A stretch of 64,000 nt of DNA from Microbotryum violaceum (GCA_001244265.2 CDLV01000013.1:1240001-1304000), one strand, 5' to 3'; positions 37,929-51,790 are shown, numbered from the stretch's first letter. Numbers and translations: made by a program. Notes: generated from the sequence alone by a model not told the origin.

Positions 37929-38199
37929 TTCGTGTTCTTGTTCTGGCTTTGAGAGTTGCTGCTGCTGCTGCTGCTGCTCGTAGTAGTCGGTCAGACGTTG
38001 TACGAGCTCATCCTTTTTGCCTACGACGGCGAGGCCAAGATCCTTGAGGTGCGCCTGGTCGAAGCAGCGTCCCAGCGAGGGGAACGGTCAGGTCAGCAAC
38101 TCGGCTCGGCTCAGCTGCTCAGTTGGGAGGACCTGTGGTGCTGACCTTGAGCTGTACGACCTTGAGTTTGGACCAGTCTTGATCTGCTTCGGTCGACAT
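35601..38199 (-). CDS. SAD1: U4/U6.U5 tri-snRNP protein Sad1/USP39 with an N-terminal SAP-like domain
   Basis: Motifs DLYLDTINR..LDFDFE..CSVTLSQNNIYACLVDGRYFQGRG (ZnF-UBP), PGFVGLNNIKANSY, FKAQVSPHELLQ, EKNPTIVNFP and GESYIQIWER. Confidence 0.93.
37870..37979. repeat. Coding microsatellites (CAG)n and (GAGCCA)n in SAD1 (poly-Q and EP repeats)
   Basis: (TGC)n and (GGCTCT)n runs on the + strand. Confidence 0.85.
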
Positions 38200-38243
38200 G
38201 GCGCGTTGAAGAGAACACAAGCGCGCTCGGCCGAGACTCGTGT

Positions 38244-38314
38244 CTATTGGCTATTGGCTATTCGCTATTGGCCGTTATTGGCTATATTGGCTATTGGCTA
38301 TTGAGGACTATTGG
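38244..38314. promoter_or_regulatory. (CTATTGG)n heptamer array giving 7 CCAAT boxes in the SAD1/UTP25 bidirectional promoter
   Basis: Seven ATTGG cores plus two variants within 70 bp of a 209-bp head-to-head spacer. The regulatory role is inferred. Confidence 0.55.
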
Positions 38315-38408
38315 ATGCGCCTCACTTGCGCGCCTCGCTCACCTTTCCTCCTCCGCGATTCATCTCTTTTCTCGCCTTAGGACCCACTACATCTCCATCT
38401 CCGACAAG

Positions 38409-41249
38409 ATGAAGGACATGGCCGACCTCGATCCGGCGGTGAAGCTGCTGACGATCCTCAACGTGCAGTCGGCCCACCTCGGATCGAAGCACTACAAGCA
38501 GCAGAACCCACGCAAGCGAAACGGGACCACCTCCTCCCCGACGGAGGCCTCGATCAGCCGCGACTGGTATTCGATCGCCAAAAGGGCCAAGCTGCAGGAA
38601 GAGAAGCCAACAGTACCAGAAAAGAAGAACGAACCCACCCCCACACTTGCCGCTGCGCACGACGAGCACCACAATCAAGATCACGATCAAGATCACGATC
38701 AAGATCACGATCACGAGCAGGAGCAGGAGCAGGAGCAGGAGCAGCTTCTCGACGATCCTTTTGAGCTGCATTGGAACATCGCGTCCGAAGCCATACCCAC
38801 CAAATTCGAACCGAGTCCGAGGCAGAAACGCGTCATTCCTCATCTCGCAACCTTTCACGAATCATCCTGCGCGACCTCCACCTCCACCTCCGCTCGAGCT
38901 TCGCAACCGGAGACCTCGTCTGCGAGTTCGTCTTTGGCTGCGAACTCGGCTGCGACAACCTCGTCGTCGACTGCCACTCTCGTCGATCCCAAGCGTATTG
39001 ACAAACTGTACACCTCGAAACTGCTCGACCATTATCGCAAAAACATCAACTCGTCTGCTTCCGGTGAGCCATCACTGTTCTGCTTGGATGCGATCATTTG
39101 TGTGCTCACACTCGCTTGCATCGTTCTCCCTCTTCCATCAGCCTCCCTCTCGCCCTTTGACCAAGGATGGCTGTCCATCCTATCGACCTACAAGGACGTG
39201 CTCTACCCGAGGCTCACACCGCAGCGCCACGACCAACTCCGCGCCGCGTTGGCCCTCCACAGCATGAATCACGTGCTCCGGCAAGTCCGCCCGCGCCGTC
39301 CTCGCCACCGTCCCCACGAGTCATTCGGCGCAGCTGACCACCTGACCCCGCCGAATTGGTCTTTACAGAACACGCACCAAGGTGTTGAAAAACAACGAAC
39401 ACCTCTCCAAGCTAGCAGCGAGCACACCTGCGGCGCCTACAAAGAAGGGCCACACCCCCCCAGCCCCTGCCGCCTCATCGTCGTCGTCCGTACCACCGCG
39501 CAACATCCAGGACCAAGGCTTCACCCGACCCAAGGTGCTCGTCCTCGCACCCTTCCGCAATTCAGCCCATGCATGGGTCGACCTCTTCACCCGTACCTCC
39601 CAAGCCGAGACGATTGAGAATCGCGCCCGATTCGACACCGAGTACCTGCTCCCCGCAGGCGCTTCCGACAAGTTGGCCGAGAACCCTCAGGATTACCCTG
39701 CTGACCATGTCCAGACCTTTCGCGGTAACATTGACGATAGTTTCAGGCTGGGGATCAAGCTTACGCGCAAAAGTCTGAAGCTCTTTTCAGAGTTCTATTC
39801 TTGCGATATTATTGTTGCCAGCCCCTTGGGACTGAGGACCAGTATCGAGAAGGAGAAGTCAGTTACGAAAGAGGTGGCGCGCTATGCACGCCGCAGTCGA
39901 CTAACAACGCCTGAGCGTCTTCTTCGTCATCAGGGACGACGCCGACTTTTTGTCTTCGATCGAAATCCTGATCGTTGACCAAATGGACGTCATGCTGATG
40001 CAGAATTGGGACCACGTCTCGGTGAGCTTTCGCGCCCCCTCATTCGAACGTCTTGGACGCATTAAACTGATTCCCGTAATGCTCCAATTTTTCCCAGTTC
40101 ATCATGGACCGTCTCAATAAATTGCCCGAAGAAGCTCACGGGTGTGACTTCTCACGAGTCAAGCCGTGGTACTTGGACGGCAAGTGAGTGAACAAACGGG
40201 ATCGCTTTCTCGCGTCCGCCAAAGCTTGCCCAGAGCTGAGTTCTCTCTTTTTGTTTGGCCCCCCACAAAAGAGCTTTACATCTTCGCCAAAGCATCCTCT
40301 TATCCGCATACGAGACACCTGAGATTCGATCGCTGTACAACCGAAGCCTCGTCAACATCGAGGGAAAGCTCAAGGCCGAGGTCAAGCACGACGGCTTGCT
40401 CACCCAGGTGCCCAAAGGCGTTAAGCAGGTTTTCACGAGGTTCGAGTGCGCAGATATGTACAAGGAGGACGATATGCGGTTTGAGCACTTTACGACCAAG
40501 GTGAGCCGTCCTCACTTTCTGCATGGGGTACAAAAGCTGGACACCGACGCTGCGGTTTTGTGCAGACGTTGCCGATGTTGCGTCGATCGGCTGTGAGCTC
40601 GTCGCAGACCATCATCTTCGTGCCGTCCTACTTTGATTTCGTGCGCCTGAAAAAGTACCTCAAGAAGCTCGACGATTTCTCCTTCTCTTCCATATCCGAG
40701 TGAGTACCTTGTTTACTTTAGTTCGTGGTCTTACGGTGTTGTAATTGTCTGTTTGCGTTCTTTTTCCGTCAGGTACACTCCCACACCGGATGTTTCGAGG
40801 GCACGCGGCGCATTCTTTGCCGGGAAAACGTCGTTCCTATTGGTGACGGAGCGCTTCCACTTTTTCCGTCGGTCAGTTCAATCGGATGAGTTGCTTCGAC
40901 CCCAAGAGGTTCGCTTGCGGTGACTGACTTTTTACACTCTCGTGCGCCGATGTTTAGGTATCGGCTCCGAGGCGCCAAGACCTTTGTCTTTTATGCCCCA
41001 CCGGACCACCCGCAATTCTACCCCGAAATCCTTTCCTTCCCCTTCGCTCGACCTGGTCAAGTCACCGTCGCGTCGTACGATGACCCGAATCGAACGACGG
41101 TCGAAGATATCGACCCGAGCGACATCACGAGTCAGGTCATCTTTTCCAAGTTCGACCTGTTGAGGTTGGAGAGGATTTGTGGGGATGTCGATGCGCGCAA
41201 GATGACGGGGGCGGGGGCGGATGAAACCAAATTTGCTTACTTGTTTTGA
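38409..41249 (+). CDS. UTP25: U3 snoRNA-associated protein Utp25 (DEF/DIEXF)
   Basis: Motifs [63 protein letters not shown] and [14 protein letters not shown]. Confidence 0.95.
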
Positions 41250-41736
41250 CGAAAGGGTTGGTGAAGGGGTTTTTTTTTTTTTTTTTTTTCATAGGAAGGA
41301 AGAGGTGGAGGAGCAACTACGGTTAGAATAGGGATGAAGATGCTATTTTTGAGTCCAGGATGAGGTTTTCGCCTAGGATGTGAGAGCATATTATACGCCG
41401 AGGTCCGATTTTTCTTTTCTTTTTTAGGGGGCGGGGCTGCAAAGATTGCGGTTGGATGCAACAGGATACTCGAAACAAACTAAGATAGCGCGATGAGGTC
41501 ATGTGTACAATCCATCGACGCCGAGTCTGCCCAGTTGATCTCAGCAGACCTCACGCTTGAGCTAATATAATAGCTTGCGCCCGCCGACTGACTCGGTTCT
41601 ACTCGCAGCGGACAAGCACTTGGGGGCTTCGCAACCGAACCGCCACCTGTTATCGCCGCCTATTATCGCAGTTCGCTCGCACTCACTAGTACGCCCCACC
41701 CACCCGCAAGCGACACCCACTCCAAGAACGGCCCCC

Positions 41737-44451
41737 ATGGTCTCGGAACGCAAGAATGGAGTCCAGAAGAAGAAGACGGACAAGAACGGCCTCGGGCGAG
41801 CGATCATCAACCGTCGTGCGAAGCATGCCAAGATGATGGCCGATCCGACTTTGGTCAGTGTTGCATTGAGCGCCACTAGGGACGAGTCGGCGAGAGAGAT
41901 GTAGATGATCACATTCGGTGTTTAGGATTACCCTTGCTTACTGGAGCTTGCGAATGCGCTGCAGCACAACTCGGAGATCGCCGCCGGGCTCAAGTCGGTG
42001 ACGCAGGAGAACGATCTCGACGAGTTCCTGACGACCGCCGCTTTGGCCGAGACCGACTTTGCGGCAGGTCAGTGTCACCACCCCTCCGCACTACAGCTAG
42101 CAATACTTTTGCTGGTGCCACCGCGCGTACTGACGCAACCCGCTTCGGCCTACCAACCCAGAACGACAAAACATCAAAGTCGTCGCAGACCCGAATCTCA
42201 CCGCCGCGAGTCATAACCCATACCTGCTCACGCCCCAACAGGAACGCGAGCTCCGTCAGAAGCAAGTCGACAACTTCCAGCGCCTTCAGGTGCCCCGTCG
42301 TCCGCCTTGGAACCGCAAGATGACCACCGTCGAGCTCGAGCGCAGGGAGCGCGACTCGTTCTTGGAGTGGCGCCGTGGACTTGCCGAGTAAGCAGTCGAC
42401 GTATCAATATTCGGGAAAGGACTGCGAGCCGACTGATCCGGCACTTTTTTGGGGGGATGTTTTATAGCTTGCAAGACAACAATGCCCTGCTGCTGACTCC
42501 GTTCGAACGCAACCTCGAGGTCTGGAGACAGTTGTGGCGCACTTGCGAGCGCTCGGATCTGATCGTTCAAATCGTCGACGCGCGCAGTCCGCTCACCTTC
42601 CGCTCCGAAGACCTTGAAAAGTACGTGCTCGAACTCAACGACACCAACAACGACTCGGACAAGAGCGTTGAGACCGCCCAAGCTCAAGCATCGACCTCGA
42701 CCCAAGCCGAGAGCCGCCCCCGTGGGGAGCGCAAGAACTTGCTGCTCATCAATAAATCCGATCTGCTCACCCAAAAGCAACGCCAAGGCTGGGCCGACTA
42801 CTTTGAGGCGAACAAGATCCAGTACGCCTTCTTCTCGGCCGCGCATGGGATCGCCCTTCAGGAGGAACGAGCCCGTCGCGAAGCGCTCGTGGAGAGCAGC
42901 GACGAAGGCTCCGAGTCCGGCACCGACGACACCGAGGAAGTTTCAAGCGACCACGAAGACTATGACCCCATTGTTGAGGCACGCAAGCAGGAGCATGTCG
43001 AGACCTTGGCACCGGGGATGAAGATTCCCAAATCCGGCAACAAGCTTCGCACGCTCGAGGACGTGAGGGGGCCCGGATCATCGAACCTTGGACGTTCGCC
43101 GCAGGACGAGGAGGACAGTGATTCGGAGGGTGATGACGACGATGGAATTGATGAACTGGCAAAGCGCATGCGCTCGGGGCTCGAAATTACGACAGAGGGC
43201 GAGTCTCCCCGGACCCGAATCCTCACCGTCCTGGAGCTTGAGGACCTGTTTTTGAAGCACGCCCCCAAAGGTACGTGCACCCACGGGCGGCTAAATCCAC
43301 GTATGCGGCGGGTGGAGCTAGTCTCTGACTACCCTCCACGAACTCTCCCGCAGTGTCTGTCGCTCGTGGATTTTCCGCCGAAAGAATGACGGTCGGTCTT
43401 GTGGGCTACCCCAACGTCGGAAAGTCATCGACCATAAACGCTCTGATCGGCGAGAAGAAAGTCTCGGTTTCATCGACGCCGGGCAAGACGAAACATTTTC
43501 AGACTATCCGGCTCTCTGCCGATGTGCTGCTTTGCGATTGCCCGGGCCTTGTCTTCCCCCAGTTCGCTTCGACTCAGGCCCACCTCGTTTGCGACGGTGT
43601 GCTCCCTATCGATCAACTCCGCGAGTTTACGGGTCCGATCGCGCTCATCACCAAGCGTGTCCCACAAGCCGTCCTTGAGGGGACGTATGGTTTGAGAATC
43701 CCCACACTTCCCATCAGCGAAGGGGGGACGGGTGTCCCTACCGCTGCAGAATTCATGACTACTTATGCCAGTGAGTTCAAGAACACCGCGTTCTGGCCAT
43801 GTCCAGCTTAGCTGACTTATTACCGCCACTTTCCCCTGCTTCATTTTCGGACACCCAGTCGCCCGAGGTTACTTCACTGGTGGGATGGGGAACGCCGACA
43901 CTTCCCGCGCGGCTCGTGTCGTGCTCAAGGATTACGTCAACGGCAAGTTGCTCTATTGCTCACCACCACCCTCCGTCACCGAGGAAGAGTTCAACTCCGA
44001 GAATCGCGACGTCGACAGGCTCAAGTCGAGGGGCCTTTTGAGAGCCAAGCGAGCGCCGACGACCCGTGTCCCCGTCAAGGCCGATACGTATATTTCCCAG
44101 GTTGGGGAAGAAGGTGCTGCTCAAGCGATGAGCAAAACTCGCCAATCTGCGAGGGCGAAAGCTTTGGACCGAAGGTTCTTTACTTCCAAGGAACTGGTAG
44201 GCCTTCCGGGGGTTCGAGGCGTCGCCGGGGAGAAGAACGGGGCGAGCTTCAGTCGCGTCAGGATGTTCCCGCACCAACAGGGCCAAGTCGATGAATCGGG
44301 CAACAAGGTTCCGATCAAGAAGGCCCGTCGAGTGGCGGCGAAAGCGGCGAAGGCGGCGGCAGCGGCTGAGAAAGGGCAAGACCCATCCGACAAAAAACAC
44401 TTCAAGAAGAAGCGTGAGAAGCAGAGGAGTGGTCGAGGCTACGACGATTGA
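41737..44451 (+). CDS. LSG1: Large-subunit circularly permuted GTPase Lsg1
   Basis: Motifs GLGRAIIN, LTPFERNLEVWRQLWR, DARSPL, NKSDLL, GLVGYPNVGKSSTIN, TPGKTKHFQT and DCPGLVFP. Confidence 0.96.
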
Positions 44452-44678
44452 TCACTCCCGCTTAGAATTGCCATCATTTCCCCGACTTGGGGGGTGGCTT
44501 CTGCCGGAGGGCTATGAGGCTTATTTCAGCAGTACCATACCAGGAGATATCTCTGCTGCGCTATATAGGGTCGTACTTGATGTAATAACGTGTACACACA
44601 GAATGTTGAGAGTCATTTCTAATTCTCGCTGATTGCAAACCTCGACAAGACGGGCTGACCCAGCAACAGTAAACGCAA

Positions 44679-47600
44679 TTAAAAGAAGGCGCTCATATCA
44701 AACTCCGGTGCAGCGACAACGATTTTGCGCGTCTTGCCTGGCAGTGGCGTCACGACCTCTGACGTACTGGACGAGCCTGTAACGAGTTTCCTCGCTTGGA
44801 CATCGTTGGCGACTCCCGGTCTGCCGTGATCGCTGCCTTTCAGGGCCAGGCATTGAGCGTCGAAGGCGCGGTCGGTCGCGATCCTCAACTTGCTCGGGGA
44901 AAGCGCGGACTGCCCTGCAAACGAATAGTTGCGAACCAGATCCAAGGCGAGCAAGTGGCACCCTGTTCAATCCGGTACAAGAAATGATCAGCGTGGGCCA
45001 CAGCGTGACTTTAGCTAGGGGGGACCCCATTCGACATGCGGGGCTCACCCATTCGACGAAGATTCCGAGCCATGCGGAGGACAAACTGCATCGTCACCGT
45101 CAGCGATCTTGCAAGCTATCACTGGACCACGGGACTGGGACTCACATCCGATTCAGAAACGACGTCTTGGGAGTTCTCAAGCACTTTCTGCGGTTCGCGA
45201 ATCTGCTGATACAGCACCGCAAGATAGGGGTCATTGTACGAGGCGACTTTCGGAGCGGTATACGTCATTGACGTTCGTTGGAACAAATCACCAAAAGGAA
45301 GCTGGTGCGAGGAAGAACGCGTCAGATTGGGTCAGATTCGACGCAGGCGCAAAGAACAGGGCTGAAAGCTTACAACAAGGGCATACGCTGCCATTTGTCG
45401 ATCGCTCATCATCCAGAAAGCCCAACTGACAAGCCATCGGGAGTGGAGGCGCATAGCAAGGGGAATCACCGTAAGCTCCATCACTTCCTTCAAGACCGGC
45501 CCGCAGTCTCCCTCATAGGCCCGGGAGATGGCGACTGCCAATTGAAAGTCATCGAGCTGGCGGAGGCAGACGTTGACCGCGTCTTTGAGACTGTCTCCTA
45601 GGAGGAAGAAGGCTGCGGCAAAGACTGAAAGGATCGACTGAAAAGGATCTCAGCTCTGTTACCTAGTCCGGCGATAGCTGAACGCTCACCGAAGCGCCGT
45701 TTGCTGAGAAGGGCGAACGCGTTCTTCCGCGCTGCAGTTTTCCACCGAGCAAGTTCGAAGTCGTTGGACAGGAACTTGAGCACCGTGTTCTGGTCCGCGT
45801 TGCCGCTCGCCTGTCTCCACAGCGTGGTGACAGCGCTCTTCTTGCCAATCGCCAGGAAAAAGAGCATCGCTGTGATAGGGTCTTTATCGGCTTGATTTGG
45901 GTTCATGTATTCGGTGCGACCAACCACCTCCATTTGCGTGGTCTGCACATTCCGGCAAGAAATGTCTTATTTACTGGAAACAGTCGAAGTTGTATTGGAT
46001 GAGGACGTACCAGGAGTTCGCGATCACGAATCCACATGAACATCCCGAGTGCCTTCGCTGTCGTCCAGTTGAGTTTCGTGCCGCCAATAATTCTTCCCGT
46101 CTCCTCCACCAGAACTGTCTGGCACTCGCTATGGAAGGCGGGGATGACGTAGCGGTTGGCCAAACGATCGAGGCTATCTGAGTTACGTGGTACCGTCTCC
46201 CTTTTAAGAGTGAAGCTTTGAAGCGCCACGAGGTAGCGTAGCCCATTGAGGTCTAACGTCCTTTGCTTGCCTTGCACCTGATAACAACAGTGAAAAGACG
46301 CGTCAATGACGTCTTTCGTAAAAGCGCTTAAGCAAAGCCTATTGCCCACAAGATAAGTCGTGCGCGCTACCAGAGCAAGTGCTTCATGCTCGGAATCAGT
46401 CAAGCCGTTGAGTGCCCTTGCGCGAGCCGCAGCAAGTATTCTCCCAAGTGCCTCCTCCGTCAACATCGAGGCGCAGGCAGATCTGCTTCACATATAACAG
46501 CATTTGATGGTCAGTGAGGCCACACATAAATAGTACATCACCGGCGCACCTGGTAGCTGCTCTGAAGGTGAGAGATGAAAGAAGTCCTGTCGCAGCGTTG
46601 CGCGTCGACAACTATGGCCGTCAGAAAGCTTGACATCAGCAAACACATAGAAAGTATCGCACAGTCAAAATCTCACATTTCCTTTTGAGCGGTCGGGCAT
46701 GAACAGCTTGTGAAGCAACAATTCAGCTGGCGCAGCGGGTACTGATTCCGCCACCCTTTCATCCTCATTGAGATGGGATGCGAGACCTGCGAGAATCGAT
46801 GTGACGGCTTCGAATCGACCTGTGAAGTGAAGAGTCCAAATGTCGATGCTGGCTTTCTTATCCTCGTATACGTACCAGATGACTGGCCACGAGATTCTGG
46901 CCGCACATACCTTGCAATAGGGCCTGGTGAAGCAACTGCGGGTGAGACAGGGGCAATGGGTTCGAGCCCGTTTCAACCTTGTCCAAGAGCGCTTCGCCGG
47001 TGGTGAGAGTGAGATCATAGAAACACAAATGATCACGCGAGCTCAGTACAAGTTTACGCGCGGACCAGCACATGTCTGAGATTTGGCCCCGAAGAGATCT
47101 GTCACAGGTAGCAAGCGTTTTTCAGTGACGACGATCCGGGGGAATCGGGAGAAAACAAAAAGGATGCACTGACAGTTCGACTTCGATCGATGCTACTTCT
47201 CCCCATCCAGATCGGTTGCCATTGGCATCAATCCTTTGAGCCCCAAATAGTCGAACACGGAAAGAGCTTCCTGCGGCTAGAATCTGTCCATCATACGACC
47301 AGCTCAAATGGACGCGTGTGTCGCTGTAAAGATCTCTGTCGTCAGTGCTCGTTCGTTAATCGGAAGAAATGGCCGATTGCTGACGGGCTACGGCTTCAAC
47401 CCACTTCTTGTACGCTTCGAATCGCTGAAATGACCAAGGATCTACAGACCGTTCGTCCAAAAATGATAACTCGAACGAAGAAGGCTCGCCGGGATTTCTG
47501 GGCGTCGACGGTGACACCAAGGCCACCACGCCAGTGGGACTGACTGCAGCAGCGGTCGGCTGTGATTGCGACACCGAATATTGGGCTTCTTCAAGCCACT

Positions 47601-50146
47601 GAACGGGCCCCGCGGGCGAGAGCAGAGCCTTCAAGACTACAAGTGTACCTTTGCCATCGAAAAGTACGATCTTGTGCTCGGAGGGCACTCCGGGGCCCGG
47701 GGAGTTCGTCGAGGAAGTTAGGAATTTAATCCTGGGCAAGGTCCGCCATTTCGAAGCGACAGGAACGGGGCTTGCCGAGCAAATGTTGCACCCCTCCACT
47801 ATCCAAGAGTACAGATTAAGGTCTCTTGAGAGCGCATGAAGCGACACTCTCTCGGCGTTGCAACCGGACTGAGCAACGGCGAAGGAGCTGAACGGAGCCG
47901 CCGACAAGACACTATGTTCCGCCAGAAGTCGCGATCGAACGCCCGGCCCCAGATCATAGACGCGCAGTCGCTCCGTATCCAGCACGGCCACTCTTAAACG
48001 TTTTCCACCTGCCAAACATGTGCACCCGTCAGCAACGCTTTTAACCATCTCCTATCGTCCAGAGGATGCTCACCGGCATGCCATGCGACACAGTGCCCGA
48101 CGGACATCCTCTGAATGTCCGCTATGATGGACTTGGACATATTTCCTGCCCAGTCATGATTCCAAGTTTGAACGCGTTTCGCGCTCCCGCAAGCGATAGT
48201 GGTGTTCCCGTCGAGGGTCGTAAGAAGCCGGCTAACACAGCCTACCATATTGACGGGGGGCTTGGTCGACCTCGAATGCCCCATGAACGAGTGCGTGTCC
48301 AAGAAGCTTACCACACCCGAGGTGACGACGACCCCGCGAGTATCACGGCCCACGACGACACATTGAGTATCGGAGATGTTCAGTAACATCGCGTATCGAA
48401 GGCACGGCAGATCCTCCGCGGCGAAGGCCACGCCGGATATTGCACCCGCCGACTGAACTAAGCAAGCAGGAGGGCGGGCATTGAAATTCTGAAGGGGCCT
48501 AGAGATGTCAGCACGCAGCAACCCAGTGTGCTCCCACCTTGATTGTGCCAGCTCAGCACGAACCTCAACCAGCATCGAGGCCGCCGACCCGTCCGTGAAG
48601 ACAACGAGAAATTCATCCGTAGTGCTAAATTCGCGGCCGCGAGCTTCCGATGTGGTGTCGTGAACCATGAGGTGACCGCGCAATCGCTTCGTCATCAGCG
48701 GGACCCTCTGGTTCAGTCCTGAGGCTACGTCGAGTGAGGCCCAAAGCGAGAACCGGTCGGGCTCGTCAATCACACAGCCCCAGATCCTGAACACGCCGTC
48801 GATCGTTTCTGTGAACAGAATCGGTTCGGATCTGCGAAGGTTGTCATCCAACCCAATCGTTATAAGCGCAAACGACGGTTCATTTTCTATCGGATTGTCA
48901 CACGCCAATTCACTCACTCTGAAGCATCGTCGCTTGGTCGCCAGTCGAGGGTGCGCAGCGGCAATGAGTGGGATGCGTTGCAGACGAAAGCGAGTTTGAG
49001 TTCGGTTGTCCTCTTCATACGTGAGAGTTTGACAACACAGCTTTGCTGAACATGGGTGAACCGGTATAAGCGACGTCAGTTGTAGCGCCCGAGGGCCAAA
49101 ATAAGCGGCCATCCACACACTTGCTCAACCGTTGCAAGCAAGTCGGACGAAGGCGACAGCTTTGCCATAACGATGCGTGAGGCCGATCTGGCGGGGCACA
49201 CGCATACGGTGTTTAGTGGAATGAGGCTCTCGCGCGGGAAAGCCTGCGGGTGATGGAGATGACTCACGGAGTGCCCGCCATGTTCACCCACCGAGGCAGT
49301 GCCGAGCCCTCATCGAGAACCCACAATGACAAGGAATCGCCCGCGGCTACTATCCGGCCTGCGCAGCATGAGACGAAAGAACAAGGGTGAGACGATACCG
49401 GTGGCGTGGGAAGAAATTTCCGACAATGCAGAAAAGCTGTCGAGCGCCCACTTACTGCGACGAAAGTCGAGGGCGTGCACCGAACAGGGCGCCACGAAAC
49501 TTGAATGAATTTTCCATGCGGAGCGAGCGGTGGGCTTGTGCCACACAGCAACGCGGCCATGTGAAGACGACGCAATCTGATCCATTCCAGTAAGATCAAA
49601 ATCAAGGTGTGGTGATCAGTCTAGCCCAGGTGTGAGGGCGATCAAAGACTTCTCAGCCGCGATCTCATCGAATGTCCGGACTTACGCGGCAAGAATGAGC
49701 ATCGAACGCCACCGCATGCACCAGCGACTCGAGATGGGTTTGGGAGGGAAAGGCGAGCTCGAACGGGAGGCTATCGACGAGTTGCCATCTGTGATCGAGT
49801 ACATTGATCCGATCCTGGACCGCAGCGATCTGCGCGAGCGAAGAGCCGAGAGTGGGGCAATCGAGGGTTCGTGGGGGCCCGGTGGGGTGGGGTAAGCCGC
49901 AGGTCGCGTAGCGCCCAAGAGGGCTCGATGGTCGGAAGACGGTACAGCGCCATACCCAGCAGACACAGAAGATTGGCTCGGCAACGTGGTTCCTTGACTT
50001 ACGATGCGAGGGATGGGGTGGGTCGCACTGTGTGGCTCACATGCACTTGCCCAAGCTGATGCGCCGGCCTCGATGTTGCAAGGCCCCGACACGACGCGCC
50101 GCAGGGTTAGCGACGGCGATCGATCTTGATCCTGCTGTTCGTCCAT
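44679..50146 (-). CDS. RAV1: RAVE complex subunit Rav1 (rabconnectin-3 alpha-like), multi-exon
   Basis: WD-like N-terminus. Rav1_C motifs AFHSECQ, AKALGMFMW and KFLSNDF..RWKTAARKNAFALLSKRRF. C-terminal APEFDMSAFF. Confidence 0.88.
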
Positions 50147-50419
50147 CGGCCGGGTGCTCGGAGTGCATGTATCGGCTCAGTGTGTGGCGCGTGGGGACTT
50201 GTCCGGGTATCGAGCGGGCTCGAGCGCAAGGAAAGAGTTGAGCGCTGAGCGCGTGAACCTTCGCGGCGTCGGCTTGGCCGTAATCGAGTAAGCAACACCC
50301 CTTCTTTGGCGAAAGCAGTCGAGAGCTAGCCGCTCTCAAACGATTGCTGACACCGTCGCTCGAGGAACTGTCTTTGTCGTCAACTCCGACTCGTCCACTA
50401 TTGCTACGGCCAACTCCAC

Positions 50420-51707
50420 ATGTCCAACACGTACTACCAAGGCCCGCAGTTTGGGTCCACCGACGCGAACTTGCAGTTCTACTCGTCCTCAGCCTCGCCG
50501 TCGCCGTCCACGTCACAGCACCCCCATTCCGCTGCCTCGCTCCCGCCGGCGTCGTCCTTTTACAACAATCGGCCCTCGCTCGACCCAACCTCGCGCCCGT
50601 CGGTCGTGGCCGGTCGGATCGGCTCATCACCCTCGGGCGCAACAGGTGCAGTAGGCTCGAGCGTGGCCGGCTACGGCTCGGGTCAGCCGACCATCGTTCA
50701 GAACTGGTGGAACGCCTTCACTCCGTGGACAGGCCAGGATGGAGAACCGCCTCTGCTACAAGGTGTGTTGAATAGCGTGCACTTTTGCTCGATACAGGAA
50801 CGTGCCCTTCTGAGTGTGTCAGAGCCCAGCTCTCGCTCACGCGTGGAACGTCCGATTCGGCGACAGCTGGACAGCCCCTGACCGCTCTCTCCGCTGCTCT
50901 CTCTCCGCTCACTCTGTTAAATCTCCCTTACCCCAGAACTTGGCGTCAACTTTGATCACATTCTGCAAAAGTCGCTGACGGTGCTGAACCCGCTCAGCAA
51001 GGTCGACTCGCACATCATGGATGATGCAGATTTGGCCGGTCCTCTCGTCTTTTGCTCCGTCTTTGCCGGCTTCCTGCTGCTGGTGAGTCGACGCCCACTG
51101 CGAGTTTGTGTGGCACGTCTGGAGAGGGGTTTGCGCTAACACACGCTCGTTCCCTTGTATTCCGGACATTTCGAATGTCAAGTCGGGCAAGCCCCAGTTC
51201 TCTTACATCTACGGTGTCGCACTCGTCGGCTCGGCCTCGATCTACATTCTTTTAAATCTCATGTCCGAGAGAGGCATCGATGCGTATCGAACGGCATCTG
51301 TGCTCGGTTATTGTCTTTTGCCACTGGTTCTTTTGAGTATGATCTCGGTCGTGGTCAGCCTCGAGTGAGTGGCTCGTTCTACCTCTCTATCCAACCTTAA
51401 ATCAGCTCGCTCATCATGTCCGTCCCCAGTGGCTCTCTCGGCTACATCGTCTCGGGTTCAAGCATTGCGTGGTGCTCATACTCTGCTTCAGCCATATTTT
51501 CATCCGTCCTGCAATTATCGTCCCAGCGACTGCTTGTAGCATACCCCGTCGGACTGTTGTAAGCGATCTCGCCCCGTTCTGCCGTTTGAAGGCCGACTTT
51601 GACCCGTGACTGACTGGCTTCCCTGTCTGCTTGCGCCCCATAGATATGCAGCTTTCGCAATGCTGAGCGTGTTTGATGGTCGCAGTGGCGTGGTACTGAA
51701 GACCTAG
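50420..51707 (+). CDS. YIP1: Yip1 (YIPF5/7) ER-Golgi membrane protein
   Basis: Motifs [44 protein letters not shown] and [10 protein letters not shown]. Confidence 0.95.
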
Positions 51708-51790
51708 ATTTCGATTAACATGTCCATAGTCTGAAGTCTAAGTTGCATTGCTGAGCCACCTGTTTATTCGCATACTGCTGGAATCGCCGA

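Noticed and set aside
41490-41497. PAC-like GCGATGAG upstream of LSG1
   Set aside because: Single 8-mer, not noticed in the other Ribi promoters here, and PAC is mainly a Saccharomycotina element.
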